From the sequence record OM337876.1: DNA of 64,000 bases. One strand, written 5' to 3'. This document shows, piece by piece, positions 20,686-31,059 of the stretch (its first letter is position 1; the number at the start of each line of letters is the position of its first letter). Made by a program: the position numbers and the translations under genes. The notes beneath the pieces were generated by a model that searched no databases, was not told the origin of the DNA, and worked only from the letters and a program-made list of their open reading frames with translations. This DNA is from Klebsiella phage KP182.

Positions 20686-22415
20686 CTAAGAAATCAGAAA
20701 TGAATTCAATGCGTAGAAGAGTTATTGCTGACTCGGCTCCACAGAAAAAGGCTGAGTCTCAAGCTGATGCTCAGATTAATACGCTAGAAGATATTGGTCG
20801 TCGCTTAGACGACCAACAAGCGTCTACTGATTTGATTTCGGATGTAATAGAAACTAAATCAAACGAAATTATCAAATCAGTAGAAGATGTTTCAGCTGGT
20901 GTTGAATTAACTGCTGAAGCTTCAGAACGCACAACAGATGCTGTCTCGAAACTAAATGATACAGCATCGTTAATTAATGATAAGCTCACGAAACTTGCCG
21001 ACTTGTTATCTAAAAAGCATGATGTTCAGCAAGATGTCCAAAAGACTGGTACTGGAACATCGTTAGAAACAATAACGGAACAAGTACCTGATGCTCCGGT
21101 TCAGCAGCCGCTAGAGGAATTACTCGAAAGGCTTATTCCTCCACAGGATGATAGACGTCCTGACGCGGATTTCTTTCCTAACACAGAAGAGCAAGAGGAA
21201 AGAAAAGAACCTAACAAAGAAACTGAAGATAAGAATAAAAAGTTTCTTGACCTAAAATTTGGAGAATTAATTAAAAGCGTTAAATCTGGTTTTGGAAAAA
21301 CTATTTCATTAACAGATAAGATTAGCAGCATGCTATTTAGCTATACTGTTAGCGCTTTGGCTCAAATGGCGAAAACTGCCGCCATGGTTTTGGGCGTGAT
21401 AATGCTTATAGATTTAATTAAAGTTCATTTTAATTATTGGACTAAACTGTTCGAAAAGAACTTTGTTGAATTTAACAAGCAAGCCAAAGAATGGGGTCCG
21501 CTATTAACAGCAATAAGCGAGATGTCGAATGAAATAGTAAAATCATTCGTCAAAGGGGATTGGGGCGGATTAGCTAAAGCCATAGGTTCTGGATTGGTTG
21601 ATGTAATTGACAAGCTCGGAGAAACTATTATGCTCGGAATGAGTAAGCTTCTTGCTGGAATGTTACGCGCATTAGGATTTAACGATTCGGCAGATAACAT
21701 TGAAGGCGCTGCTTTAGACAGATTTCAAACTGTTACTGGGGCAGAACTAGATGAAGAAGATGCTAAAATGAGAGCAAAATATGTTGACCGTCAAGAAAGA
21801 GAATATGACGAACAACCTGAATGGAAAAGAAAGCTTTCTGCTAAATTCCAAAAATTCACCGGTCAGATTGATGACGATGAATATAATAAACTGCTGAGCG
21901 GAGAGAAAAAGCAGTCAGCGTATGCAGACTTGCCAGAAGACGAACGCCTCAAAATCATCACAGCTCGTAATAATGCTGAGGCAGAACTCAAGCGTACAAA
22001 AGCATATGTTGAAAAAACTGACGCATCTGATTCCACTCGATTAGACTCTGCTAAGGATGCAGTACAAAGCACAACCACCAGATATAAAGAATTGGAGAAA
22101 TTATCTCCAGAGGTTGCAAAAGATTTAAAAGTTGAATTAGACCAATTGCAAAAACTCCTTGATTCTAAAATATCAGAACCTGCTCCAACTGCCGAAGCTA
22201 TACCTGCAACAGAACAACCTGAGGTTAAACAGTCTGCTTCTATTAAAGCCGCTGCGGATAGTCGTGAAGCTGCTCGTACACGTGAATTTAGTACACAGCC
22301 GCAACCTATTCAGGTTAATACTGCTGTAAATAAGAATAGCACATACGTTTATAGAACGCCTCCACAGACTTCAACAGCTGCTCCTGGAATGCAAGGCGCT
22401 ATGAAAACCTCTTAA
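20682..22415 (+). CDS. 29: Baseplate hub / tail-length determinator gp29
   Basis: 577 aa against 590 aa in T4. Extended helical and low-complexity regions. Confidence 0.85.
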   Translation: MTKKSEMNSMRRRVIADSAPQKKAESQADAQINTLEDIGRRLDDQQASTDLISDVIETKSNEIIKSVEDVSAGVELTAEASERTTDAVSKLNDTASLINDKLTKLADLLSKKHDVQQDVQKTGTGTSLETITEQVPDAPVQQPLEELLERLIPPQDDRRPDADFFPNTEEQEERKEPNKETEDKNKKFLDLKFGELIKSVKSGFGKTISLTDKISSMLFSYTVSALAQMAKTAAMVLGVIMLIDLIKVHFNYWTKLFEKNFVEFNKQAKEWGPLLTAISEMSNEIVKSFVKGDWGGLAKAIGSGLVDVIDKLGETIMLGMSKLLAGMLRALGFNDSADNIEGAALDRFQTVTGAELDEEDAKMRAKYVDRQEREYDEQPEWKRKLSAKFQKFTGQIDDDEYNKLLSGEKKQSAYADLPEDERLKIITARNNAEAELKRTKAYVEKTDASDSTRLDSAKDAVQSTTTRYKELEKLSPEVAKDLKVELDQLQKLLDSKISEPAPTAEAIPATEQPEVKQSASIKAAADSREAARTREFSTQPQPIQVNTAVNKNSTYVYRTPPQTSTAAPGMQGAMKTS

Positions 22416-22424
22416 GGAAAAACA

Positions 22425-23477
22425 ATGATTTTTGAAGAACTGGCCGATGGCCTTGAAAACATCAAAAAATCAGGAACCCGAATTTCCTCAGGTAAATCTA
22501 AACTGACGAATGCGCCTACCACTAAGGTGGCGCAGTTTCCGGCTGAGCGTTCGGCCGGAAACGATTCCGCGCAAGATATGAGAGTACATGACTTGTATCG
22601 TAACGGATTATTATTCACAGCGTATGATTTTAAAGGAAGAACTACTCCTGATTTGCGTTCATTTAGACGAGATGTAATGTTATCGTCTGTATTCGATTCA
22701 CCAATGTCAGCACTGGCTAATTCATCAAGTTCTACTACAAGTACTGCGCCGGTAGCTAATATTCTATTACCACGGTCTAAGTCAGACGTTGATTCGGTTA
22801 GCCATAAATTTAATGATGTTGGTGATTCTCTTGTTACTCGCGGCAGCGGTACTGCTACCGGTGTATTAAGCAACGTCGCTTCTACTGCTGTGTTTGGGTC
22901 GATAGAGTCTTTAACGCAGGGATTAATGGCTGATAATGGTGAACAGATTTATAACACAGCTCGTAGTATGTATGCCGGGCCTGACAACAGAACGAAAGTG
23001 TTTACTTGGGATTTAACTCCTAGGTCTGCTGATGACCTTATACAAATTATTCGCATCTATGAAATTTTTAATTACTATTCTTACGGTGTGACGGGGAATT
23101 CATCATATGCAAAAGAAGTTAAAGCTGCTATTGATGAATGGTATAAAGGAACACTTAAATCGGCAGCACCAGAAGGAGCTAAAGTAGAAAACACTGTGTT
23201 TGAGCAAATAACATCGTTTTTAAGCAATGTTATTGTAGTTTCTAACCCAACGATTTGGACTGTTCGTAATTTTGGGTATTCTACATCAATGGATGGTAGA
23301 GAGGATATATTTGGTCCATGCCAAATTCAGAGTATCCGTTTTGATAAAACGCCTAACGGCCATTTTAATGGGTTAGCAATCGCTCCTAATCTTCCAAGCA
23401 CATTTACGCTTGAAATTACTATGCGTGAAATACTTACTCTTAATAGAGGTAACGTTTATATCGGAGGTATTGAATAA
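22425..23477 (+). CDS. 48: Baseplate tail-tube cap gp48
   Basis: 350 aa against 364 aa in T4. Confidence 0.85.
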   Translation: MIFEELADGLENIKKSGTRISSGKSKLTNAPTTKVAQFPAERSAGNDSAQDMRVHDLYRNGLLFTAYDFKGRTTPDLRSFRRDVMLSSVFDSPMSALANSSSSTTSTAPVANILLPRSKSDVDSVSHKFNDVGDSLVTRGSGTATGVLSNVASTAVFGSIESLTQGLMADNGEQIYNTARSMYAGPDNRTKVFTWDLTPRSADDLIQIIRIYEIFNYYSYGVTGNSSYAKEVKAAIDEWYKGTLKSAAPEGAKVENTVFEQITSFLSNVIVVSNPTIWTVRNFGYSTSMDGREDIFGPCQIQSIRFDKTPNGHFNGLAIAPNLPSTFTLEITMREILTLNRGNVYIGGIE

Positions 23478-24403
23478 TGTTTACTCTCGAAGAATTTAAG
23501 AGTCAAGCGGCTGATATCGATTTCCAGAGAACTAATATGTTCTCTGTTGTATTCGCTACTGTACCCTCTAGTAAAACCCAGGCTCTTCTAAACGACTTTG
23601 GCGGAGAGCTGTATAATAATATGGGTTTAGATGGAAATTGGCTTGGATTGACCCCAGGTGAATTCAATCAGGGTATAACAACCATAGTGACACAAGGAAC
23701 TCGACAAGTTGTTCGCAAATCAGGTGTGAATACATTCATGATTGGCGCAATGACTCAACGCGTTGTACAGTCGTTGTTAGGTGAATTTACAGTAGGTACT
23801 TATCTGCTTGATTTCTTTAACATGGCATTTCCGACAGCAGGCTTGATGGTGTATTCTGCTAAAATACCAGAGAATAGACTGTCATATGAAATGGATAAGT
23901 TCCATAACGCTCCTAACATAAAAATCACTGGAAGAGATATGGAGCCGTTGGTTCTTTCATTTAGGATGGACCCAGAAGCAAGCAACTATAGAGCAATGCA
24001 AGATTGGGTAAATGCAGTTGAAGACCCGGTGACTGGTCTGCGAGGATTGCCACAAGACGTAGAATGTGATATCCAAGTTAACCTTCATGCTAGAAATGGA
24101 TTACCACATACTGTATGCCTGTTCTCAGGGGCTATGCCTGTAGCATGTGGAGCTCCTGAATTTACATATGATGGAGAAAATACTATAGCAGTGTTTGATG
24201 TCACGTTTGCTTATCGCAGCATGCAAACAGGTTCAGTCGGAAAACAAGCCGCAATGGACTGGTTAGAAGATAAAACTATTCAGAAAATTGAGACGATTAA
24301 TCCAAATCAGGGCTTGAGCGCGTCTGCTTCAAGATTGTCTCGTTTAGGCGGGGCTGGTGGTGGAATTTCTAATATCACTACTTCAACAAGCAGAATAATT
24401 TAG
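23477..24403 (+). CDS. 54: Baseplate tail-tube initiator gp54
   Basis: 308 aa against 320 aa in T4. Paralogue of gp19 and gp48. Confidence 0.85.
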   Translation: MFTLEEFKSQAADIDFQRTNMFSVVFATVPSSKTQALLNDFGGELYNNMGLDGNWLGLTPGEFNQGITTIVTQGTRQVVRKSGVNTFMIGAMTQRVVQSLLGEFTVGTYLLDFFNMAFPTAGLMVYSAKIPENRLSYEMDKFHNAPNIKITGRDMEPLVLSFRMDPEASNYRAMQDWVNAVEDPVTGLRGLPQDVECDIQVNLHARNGLPHTVCLFSGAMPVACGAPEFTYDGENTIAVFDVTFAYRSMQTGSVGKQAAMDWLEDKTIQKIETINPNQGLSASASRLSRLGGAGGGISNITTSTSRII

Positions 24404-24404
24404 G

Positions 24405-24425
24405 GGCCGTAAGGCCCCTTTGTTT
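24405..24425. terminator. Bidirectional terminator between 54 (+) and alt.-1 (-)
   Basis: ggggcc-gtaa-ggcccc followed by a T-run. Confidence 0.7.
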
Positions 24426-24703
24426 TATGCAATGCAGCCAATAAACCCTGGCTCAGTACGAAGAAGTTTCATTTCTTCAGTAGTCCAAACTACCTTAACA
24501 GGAATAATACCTTCTGCTTTACCGTTAAGAACCGCTTCAACAAACGATGGTTCAGTTGGCTTACGGAATATATCTTGAATAAGAACCGTCGGAGTACCTT
24601 CGTTAAACCCTTCAAGCATGATAAGAACTTCTTCATTGAACTTCTCTGCATCTTTAACATCAGCAGACCATTCAATACCGTTAAAGCGGAATACATGTTT
24701 CAT
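24425..24703 (-). CDS. Hypothetical protein (alt.-1-like position)
   Basis: 92 aa with a GAGGAA RBS. Downstream of alt. Confidence 0.55.
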   Translation of the reverse strand: MKHVFRFNGIEWSADVKDAEKFNEEVLIMLEGFNEGTPTVLIQDIFRKPTEPSFVEAVLNGKAEGIIPVKVVWTTEEMKLLRTEPGFIGCIA

Positions 24704-24733
24704 ATCAATTTCCTCATTGGTTTGTGTAAGTCT

Positions 24734-24762
24734 ATAGTATCACGTCCTTGTGATAAGTAAAC
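24734..24762 (-). promoter_or_regulatory. T4 early-type promoter
   Basis: On the minus strand: GTTTAC, a 17-nt spacer, then TACTAT. Confidence 0.5.
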
Positions 24763-24766
24763 AACT

Positions 24767-26893
24767 TTATGCAAGTTTTTCTGGGATACCATCCAGGTTG
24801 ATAGCACCAGCCAGTAGCTCCATGGTGCGTGTGTAGCTAACCTTATCTGTGGAACGGTCTGGCGAAAAGTAAATCTCATTTAAAAAGCCTTTGAACTTGC
24901 TTTCTTCAAGAGGTTCCACTTTTCCTTGTTCCATCAAGATGTCACCATCATAGAGATGAACGGATTCATCGATTTGCTCTGGAGGAACTACCGTCATTTC
25001 TACCATGAATGTCTTGTTATTCGCTACACCAACTCCATTTCTAAAAGGAGTTCCCCATACTTTGTTGACTTTCATTGCCAACCCGCGAGGAAGAATAACT
25101 TCAGCCTCATCGCTAAAGCTTGACAAGACACCCGGGATAACTACCTTAACTTTATCGGCCCCATGAATAACGAATCCAAACTTAAACTCATCGCCATAGG
25201 CAACTTCCTCGCCTCTATCAACTCTTTCCAAGTTGTCTGTTCCAATAACGGAAGATACTGCATCAATAGTTGTTTCTTTGTTTTCTAAATCAGAGCTAGG
25301 AGCATCTGGCATTAATGAATCACCAGCATTTGAATAAGCACCAAAGATAATTGGACTTAACGAAGTAGAAACATAGTTCTGGAAATAAAACATTTTAGAC
25401 TCAATGTTATCTTTAAAGTCTTCATATTTTCCGCGCTGACCACGATACAAAAGAGTGCCCGATTCAAGACGCAAACCTTTTTCAAAGGCAGAATCGAGCG
25501 GACGAATTTTCTTGTCAATAATTGGATCGCCTAAGCTTTCCATACCAATAAGATAATTATTAACAAATGAATAACCAGAACCGCAGTAATGGTGTATTGC
25601 ATCTCTTTCTTCTTCGCTTAAACGAGATTGCATTTCACGGTTATATTCAATTGCTTTGGATATAGAATCGCCAACAATTGACACATAAGCTGATATCATA
25701 TAATTGACAAGATTTTGGTATTGACGTAAAGCTCCGAAATCGTCAGCTGGAGGCATATCAAATCCACGAGTAGCTACTTCAACGATTTTACGCAACGTTT
25801 CCATAGATGCAGGATTTTTAGCCTGTTCAATAACATCAGCAACGTCTGAAATTCGCTGTTCAGCGATTTTCATTTTGTCTGAGCCAGCAGGAATGAAAAC
25901 TTTCCAGTCGTCATGCATTCTAGACATTTGGCCTATGAATAATCTTTCAACTGCATCGCCAAAATTACTTCCATACCCACCACGAACTCGATAGTGCTTA
26001 ATATCATCAACATAAAAAGGAATTGATTTTTCTAATCCGGCTTTGATATCTTTTTGGAGGTCTACCGTATCGCCTTCTGCGTTTAGTACTGGAGTGTTAG
26101 TAGTTAATTCGTACCAACGTTCGCGTTTATTTTCTGGCCAATCCTCATCAACATATGAAACGAATTTGCCGTATTGTGCTCGGATTAAATCCTTTCGAGA
26201 CACTTTCATTTTACTCATTACAGCGAGTTCAGATTTCTTGTCTTCTTTTTCGCCAATGGAGTTTGCCAATGCTTCGGCTTTGGTAACGCTTTCGCCGGTT
26301 TCTTTAGACACATAAATTTCACCTACTTTGGATTCAACCTTTGTGTATAACTCATCTGAAATTTCAGGAATTCCTTCAATCTCTTCAAGCTTCTTACCCT
26401 TGCGAACCATAATGGAATAAGCATACTTACCTTTATAGTAAGCCATGTCTTTCATTAGATTGAACCGACCACCGGTGCGAGTAGTAATCAACCGAGCAAG
26501 AATGCGTTGAATAGCTTTATCCTGTCCTTGCATTTTCTTCGGATTAAAGCGGAACATCACTGCATCAGCTTTAATTTGTTTAACTACTTTGTTGACAGTT
26601 TCAAAAATGGTATTGATAGCACCAATCGGGTCATGACCTAAGCCACCCTTAAGAGCACCAATGTTACCTTTCTCTGATACAGAGAACACATAAACCTGAA
26701 TGAATTTATCACCCATTTTGATGTTCTTAACTGCATCACCTTGACCTGACCCGTGTACTAAGCGAATCATTAAATTGTTATTGCCTGGTACCTTAATCAG
26801 AAATACCTGAGGCACCTTTAGTTTTGGTTTAACGTTCTCGACAGGATAGATTTTGCTATTCTCTTCATCGAAAACTTCATTTAAAAGTTCCAT
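24767..26893 (-). CDS. alt: Alt ADP-ribosyltransferase, packaged
   Basis: 708 aa against 682 aa in T4. N-terminus MELLNEVFDEE...; the PGVPEISDELYTKVESKVGEIYVSKETG block is shared with T4 Alt. C-terminal ART domain present. Confidence 0.88.
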   Translation of the reverse strand: MELLNEVFDEENSKIYPVENVKPKLKVPQVFLIKVPGNNNLMIRLVHGSGQGDAVKNIKMGDKFIQVYVFSVSEKGNIGALKGGLGHDPIGAINTIFETVNKVVKQIKADAVMFRFNPKKMQGQDKAIQRILARLITTRTGGRFNLMKDMAYYKGKYAYSIMVRKGKKLEEIEGIPEISDELYTKVESKVGEIYVSKETGESVTKAEALANSIGEKEDKKSELAVMSKMKVSRKDLIRAQYGKFVSYVDEDWPENKRERWYELTTNTPVLNAEGDTVDLQKDIKAGLEKSIPFYVDDIKHYRVRGGYGSNFGDAVERLFIGQMSRMHDDWKVFIPAGSDKMKIAEQRISDVADVIEQAKNPASMETLRKIVEVATRGFDMPPADDFGALRQYQNLVNYMISAYVSIVGDSISKAIEYNREMQSRLSEEERDAIHHYCGSGYSFVNNYLIGMESLGDPIIDKKIRPLDSAFEKGLRLESGTLLYRGQRGKYEDFKDNIESKMFYFQNYVSTSLSPIIFGAYSNAGDSLMPDAPSSDLENKETTIDAVSSVIGTDNLERVDRGEEVAYGDEFKFGFVIHGADKVKVVIPGVLSSFSDEAEVILPRGLAMKVNKVWGTPFRNGVGVANNKTFMVEMTVVPPEQIDESVHLYDGDILMEQGKVEPLEESKFKGFLNEIYFSPDRSTDKVSYTRTMELLAGAINLDGIPEKLA

Positions 26894-26928
26894 GACATAT
26901 CCTCGTTTGTTTATTCTATTTATACGAA

Positions 26929-26950
26929 AAAAGGCCCGAAGGCCTTTAAT
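26929..26950. terminator. Hairpin between gene 30 and alt
   Basis: aaaaaggccc-gaa-gggccttt. Confidence 0.6.
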
Positions 26951-26954
26951 TAAT

Positions 26955-27125
26955 TATTGTGGCAGTACGCCAAACCTGTAATCCATTTACAGACTCATAC
27001 TCTTCAATGTTTTCTTTGAAGTTTTTGAATACATCGATATTATCAAAATCAAGAACTTCGGTATGGACGGAAATACCTCCTCGCCCATCATCGGTTTTAG
27101 CAATTACTTCATATAGAACTTTCAT
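26955..27125 (-). CDS. Small hypothetical protein, 56 aa
   Basis: Hand-translated as MKVLYEVIAKTDDGRGG... ATGA overlap with the gene 30 stop. Confidence 0.4.
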
Positions 27126-28594
27126 TTTATTCCTGTTGCCTCTGTAAAGTCAACACCAAATGCAGCTTCAAATGTATTAGCAACTTCTTTATCATATCTG
27201 CGTTGTTTAATGATAGGTAAGAATAATCCTACTGTACCATCATCACGGCCTTCAGCAGTTACCCAACCATTACATTCAAGTTCCCAGATAGTTCCTGGAA
27301 GAGAATCTCTAATTTTCCATAGATGAGTACGGTCAAGCTCGTGCAGTTCTTCGGGCTTATCTTTAAGACCTGACCCAGCGTTAACACGAATACGACCACA
27401 TTCTGATACGAACATTAAGCCGCCCATTTTACCAGGTTGTTTCCTATGCTCGTATGAACCGACACATTTCAAATCTACGGTGATAACCTCTTTAAATTTG
27501 ACAAGGTTCTTAGAACGCTTATCTTCCCAATAAGCACCGATATTCTTAAGGATAATACCTTCGAGACCTTGGTCTACATATGTCTTATAGATAGCACGAG
27601 CTTCATGGATGTCGTGTACGACATGATTTTCAATTAGAATAATCTTGTCATAGCCTTTGCTCATCATTTCCAGTGCACGGAAGCGTACATCATAAGCAAA
27701 TCCAGGAACTTTACCTTCGGAGTATACTACATCAAGCGGAACATAATCCCAAACTTGGAATCTCATACCTTCTGCTTCTTCGGCAGAGATTGTTCCTTTA
27801 ATGGCCTTATTAGCTAAGCCGTTTGATTCTGTACGAGCCGTCTGTTGGAATTCCTTAGCTTTACTTAGCTCAGGAAGCTCAGGCTCTTTAAACATATCAA
27901 ACAGGTCGTTTTCTTCTTCTTTCACTTCGACATGATATACCAACTCGCCATCAATCATCACACCATTAGGATGGCGTTCTCGGGCTTCTTTGGTCATCTC
28001 GATAAGTTGACGCTTAAGTTTATCTAGACCCAGGTATTCATTACCGGAACGAGTAAGAAGAGTTACATCATCTAATTCATCTCCGCGGATTTCGGCGAAG
28101 CATCGAGCTCCATCAGCTTTAAGCTGAGCAAACGCAGGGAACTTAATATACGATAGCGCTTTCTCAGAATAAGCTGATGCTAACATCTGTGGCATCTCAG
28201 GAATTAACTTCTTCCATACCTTATTAGCAATAGAACCTGAAGCGCCGCAACGCATATCCTTAAGAAGTACACGGACCAGTACACTAGCATCACCCTCGTT
28301 CATCTTAGAGAGCAAATCTACTAGCCCCTGGATTGCCATATTACCAGTAAGTACTCGTGCTGCCAGAATGTCTTGGAGGTAATCTAGACCATCAGAAAAC
28401 GTCTTTGAAGGAACATTTGGATATTTAACGGGAGTATATTCTGGAACTTTCTTAATAAAGAATTTAAATCGCCCGGAATACGCCAGCAGATAAGCTCGTT
28501 TTAAATCAACGTTATCTTTATTGTCAATGAGAATTTGGGTTTTAGCTTTAGAACCCTTAGCATCTTCAATTGCTTTGATGATATCAAAAATCAT
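27122..28594 (-). CDS. 30: ATP-dependent DNA ligase gp30
   Basis: 490 aa against 487 aa in T4. The motif FPAFAQLKADGARCFAEIRGDELDD is shared with T4 gp30 as I recall it (site of the catalytic lysine). Confidence 0.95.
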   Translation of the reverse strand: MIFDIIKAIEDAKGSKAKTQILIDNKDNVDLKRAYLLAYSGRFKFFIKKVPEYTPVKYPNVPSKTFSDGLDYLQDILAARVLTGNMAIQGLVDLLSKMNEGDASVLVRVLLKDMRCGASGSIANKVWKKLIPEMPQMLASAYSEKALSYIKFPAFAQLKADGARCFAEIRGDELDDVTLLTRSGNEYLGLDKLKRQLIEMTKEARERHPNGVMIDGELVYHVEVKEEENDLFDMFKEPELPELSKAKEFQQTARTESNGLANKAIKGTISAEEAEGMRFQVWDYVPLDVVYSEGKVPGFAYDVRFRALEMMSKGYDKIILIENHVVHDIHEARAIYKTYVDQGLEGIILKNIGAYWEDKRSKNLVKFKEVITVDLKCVGSYEHRKQPGKMGGLMFVSECGRIRVNAGSGLKDKPEELHELDRTHLWKIRDSLPGTIWELECNGWVTAEGRDDGTVGLFLPIIKQRRYDKEVANTFEAAFGVDFTEATGIK

Positions 28595-28800
28595 TATTCA
28601 CCTAATTCTTTTGAAAGTTCGCTTACGCTACGATGATAAGTTAATCCATCGATATAAACAAACCCGTTATTGATGCATTCATTCCAAATCGGACACGACT
28701 TTGCTTCACGCCAAATTGGATTCCAACGATAAAACTGATTAACATGGCAATAATCACATGATAACCAGCGTTTACCAACCTTAGTATGAACTACAAACAT
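28594..28800 (-). CDS. Small zinc-ribbon protein (30.1-like position), 68 aa
   Basis: An internal ATG has an AGGAGG RBS. Cysteine spacing is CDYC-x16-C-x5-C. Confidence 0.5.
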   Translation of the reverse strand: MFVVHTKVGKRWLSCDYCHVNQFYRWNPIWREAKSCPIWNECINNGFVYIDGLTYHRSVSELSKELGE

Positions 28801-28841
28801 ATTTCCTCCTAGGGTATGGCTATTATACCATACCCAGTGTG

Positions 28842-29684
28842 TTAGCAATTAATTTGGTGGTTATCACATGTAATACGACCGTTATTCCACCAGTCGTTTC
28901 CAGGAGGAACATGTGGACCAGGACTAAACGGAATGATAGGTTGTTTCCACCAATCTCCTGGAACTTGTCGTGGAGGCCAATTAAAAGGATGTTGCTCTTT
29001 ACGAATTTGGTCTTTGATAGCTTCTTCCCACAATCCAGAAAGAGACTTCTGCGGTTTCTTAACAGATTCCAGAGATTCCAGGCAAGTTACGATTTGATGC
29101 CAATCTTCTACCAAAATTCCAGGAGCAGTGACAGAACCTTCACGCTCGCCACGAGGCATATAAAACACACGAGTTTCAGTGTCTTCAAATACTTTGCTGG
29201 CTGCAGCAATATGTTTAGGCAAATCATCTACATAACAGACGATGCGATCGCCGTATTTTACTTTAGCCTTTTCCAGTAAAGCATCTTTAGATTCATCATA
29301 ATCGCAGACCATGATTTCTGTAAATGCATCAGGGAACAAAGCATTCAGATTGAAACGACGATTAAGGTTAGCATCTACTGAATTACCAAGAGCCGTGATA
29401 GCGACAAAATCGTATTTTTCTTTGAGCTTATTAACTGTAGCTAAAGCATCGGCATACGGAGCAAGATAACGAATAAAATCACTGTTGTTATATTTCAGAA
29501 GAAGCTTAACAGCCAGGTCTTCTTCACAATCAAACAGCTCAGCGGGTTTAATGAATTTTTCAGTAGTCATCATATCAAGGATATGCTCTACCGGAAGGTT
29601 ATATTTTTGGGCAAAGTAAGGCAGACCACTTTGCCACTTAACGATGATTCCATCAACATCGGTTGCGATTACTGGTTTTGACAT
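28842..29684 (-). CDS. HAD-superfamily phosphatase-like protein (30.2-like), 280 aa
   Basis: HAD motif I IATDVDGII, motif II AITALG, motif III K..YGDRIVCYVDDLP. Has a Pro/Trp-rich C-terminal extension of about 60 aa. Confidence 0.6.
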   Translation of the reverse strand: MSKPVIATDVDGIIVKWQSGLPYFAQKYNLPVEHILDMMTTEKFIKPAELFDCEEDLAVKLLLKYNNSDFIRYLAPYADALATVNKLKEKYDFVAITALGNSVDANLNRRFNLNALFPDAFTEIMVCDYDESKDALLEKAKVKYGDRIVCYVDDLPKHIAAASKVFEDTETRVFYMPRGEREGSVTAPGILVEDWHQIVTCLESLESVKKPQKSLSGLWEEAIKDQIRKEQHPFNWPPRQVPGDWWKQPIIPFSPGPHVPPGNDWWNNGRITCDNHQINC

Positions 29685-29878
29685 TCGGGGAAATTCCTCA
29701 ATGCTTGTTTAAATTTGACGACGCTATTTGCGGCACCGGTGAAATTGAACCAGATTAACCCTGGAGCGTCCGAGGGTTCTATATCAATTAATTCTATATT
29801 ATAATACTCAGCAGTCTTTAGCATTTCCCTGGTGATACGTCGGGCAACCATATGACCGAAGTGAGGATTAATAGACAT
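29669..29878 (-). CDS. Hypothetical protein
   Basis: 69-aa ORF inside a translationally coupled minus-strand string. Confidence 0.45.
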   Translation of the reverse strand: MSINPHFGHMVARRITREMLKTAEYYNIELIDIEPSDAPGLIWFNFTGAANSVVKFKQALRNFPECQNQ

Positions 29879-30068
29879 CGTCGTTAGCAGCCCTTAATTG
29901 AGTAATTGGATAAAGCTCGGATTCTGCATGGATTGAACGATTGCCATCAACCCAATTAACTTCATACCACGGTTCAACTGAGTAGGCTTTAATGGCTGAA
30001 GCCGTATCACATACAACTCCAGGAATTCCATTTGCTAATCTTACTGTACTGAAGATATGATATTTCAT
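29868..30068 (-). CDS. Hypothetical protein
   Basis: 66-aa ORF with an ATGA overlap to the upstream ORF. Confidence 0.45.
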   Translation of the reverse strand: MKYHIFSTVRLANGIPGVVCDTASAIKAYSVEPWYEVNWVDGNRSIHAESELYPITQLRAANDDVY

Positions 30069-30235
30069 GCATCAAGTCTCACTGCCCATTCAGGCAATTC
30101 AAAGAAATCCGGAGCATCAATTTCATACTCAACGGTGTGTTGTTTAACGTTAGCTGACATGATATCAACCATTGGGTGGTTTTTCAAACTGCAAGAAAAA
30201 ATACCAGCTTTAGGTTTAGGCACGGATACAATCAT
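30065..30235 (-). CDS. Hypothetical small protein, 56 aa
   Basis: Hand-translated as MIVSVPKPKAGIFSCSLKNHPMVDIMSANVKQHTVEYEIDAPDFFELPEWAVRLDA. Not in the track. Confidence 0.35.
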   Translation of the reverse strand: MIVSVPKPKAGIFSCSLKNHPMVDIMSANVKQHTVEYEIDAPDFFELPEWAVRLDA

Positions 30236-30245
30236 GTTGATTTCC

Positions 30246-30524
30246 TCAAAATTTAGTTATGAATTTTTCTTTCGGCATTTTAGCATTTGAGCCATCACCG
30301 TCAGAATACCCAATTGGCACAGTTTCATTAATAAATTCAATTTTAGCATTTATAATGTTAATGCTCAGAGAATCTACGCCATCAACCATACGAAATTCAG
30401 GAGGGCAATACTTATCAATGTATGCTTTCACACCATTTTTATTGGCAGGTGTACCATCGAGAGTATCGCTGATAATGGTTTCAACCTTTTTCTTTCGTGA
30501 ATCATAGAAAGCTGATACAATCAT
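30246..30524 (-). CDS. Hypothetical protein
   Basis: 92-aa ORF. Confidence 0.45.
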   Translation of the reverse strand: MIVSAFYDSRKKKVETIISDTLDGTPANKNGVKAYIDKYCPPEFRMVDGVDSLSINIINAKIEFINETVPIGYSDGDGSNAKMPKEKFITKF

Positions 30525-30536
30525 TTCAATTTCCTC

Positions 30537-31025
30537 TTAAAACGGACGAATATTAACGTGAACCACAGGGACAGCAAAAGGTTGCATGATTACAACTTTT
30601 GTGTCTTTAGTTGCATTCAGGCGTTGTACTTTTGCAAGATTAACAGCTTCTTCCTTTGTCAATCCACCCTTGTAGGTATCATTTCCTTTATTTGAGGTCC
30701 AAACGCCCCAATCATTGCTTCCATCATCGGTCTTCGGTTCAGGTTCTTTGTTGGTGGTTTCTTCAAAATAATGTTGAAATTCTTGATTAGTAAGAATACA
30801 CCACATGTGAGAAAAGCGAACTTCATCTACACTAACGCGTTTGTATTCTCCATCTGGCTTAATGATTTCAAATTCAACTAATCCGGTATTTTCCGCATAT
30901 TTAAAGGTTCTGGTAATTTTAATCGGATTATTACCGATTTGCTCAAAAACACCTTTGATAAGAGCGCCTGGAGACAAGATTGGAGTCTTTTTAAGCTTAT
31001 AGAATTTACCTTTTTCCATTATCAT
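30537..31025 (-). CDS. Hypothetical protein
   Basis: 162-aa ORF. A hairpin (31030-31045) separates it from the upstream gene. Confidence 0.55.
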   Translation of the reverse strand: MIMEKGKFYKLKKTPILSPGALIKGVFEQIGNNPIKITRTFKYAENTGLVEFEIIKPDGEYKRVSVDEVRFSHMWCILTNQEFQHYFEETTNKEPEPKTDDGSNDWGVWTSNKGNDTYKGGLTKEEAVNLAKVQRLNATKDTKVVIMQPFAVPVVHVNIRPF

Positions 31026-31059
31026 TTCCTCAATAGTGGGGCCGAAGCCCCAGTCAAGA

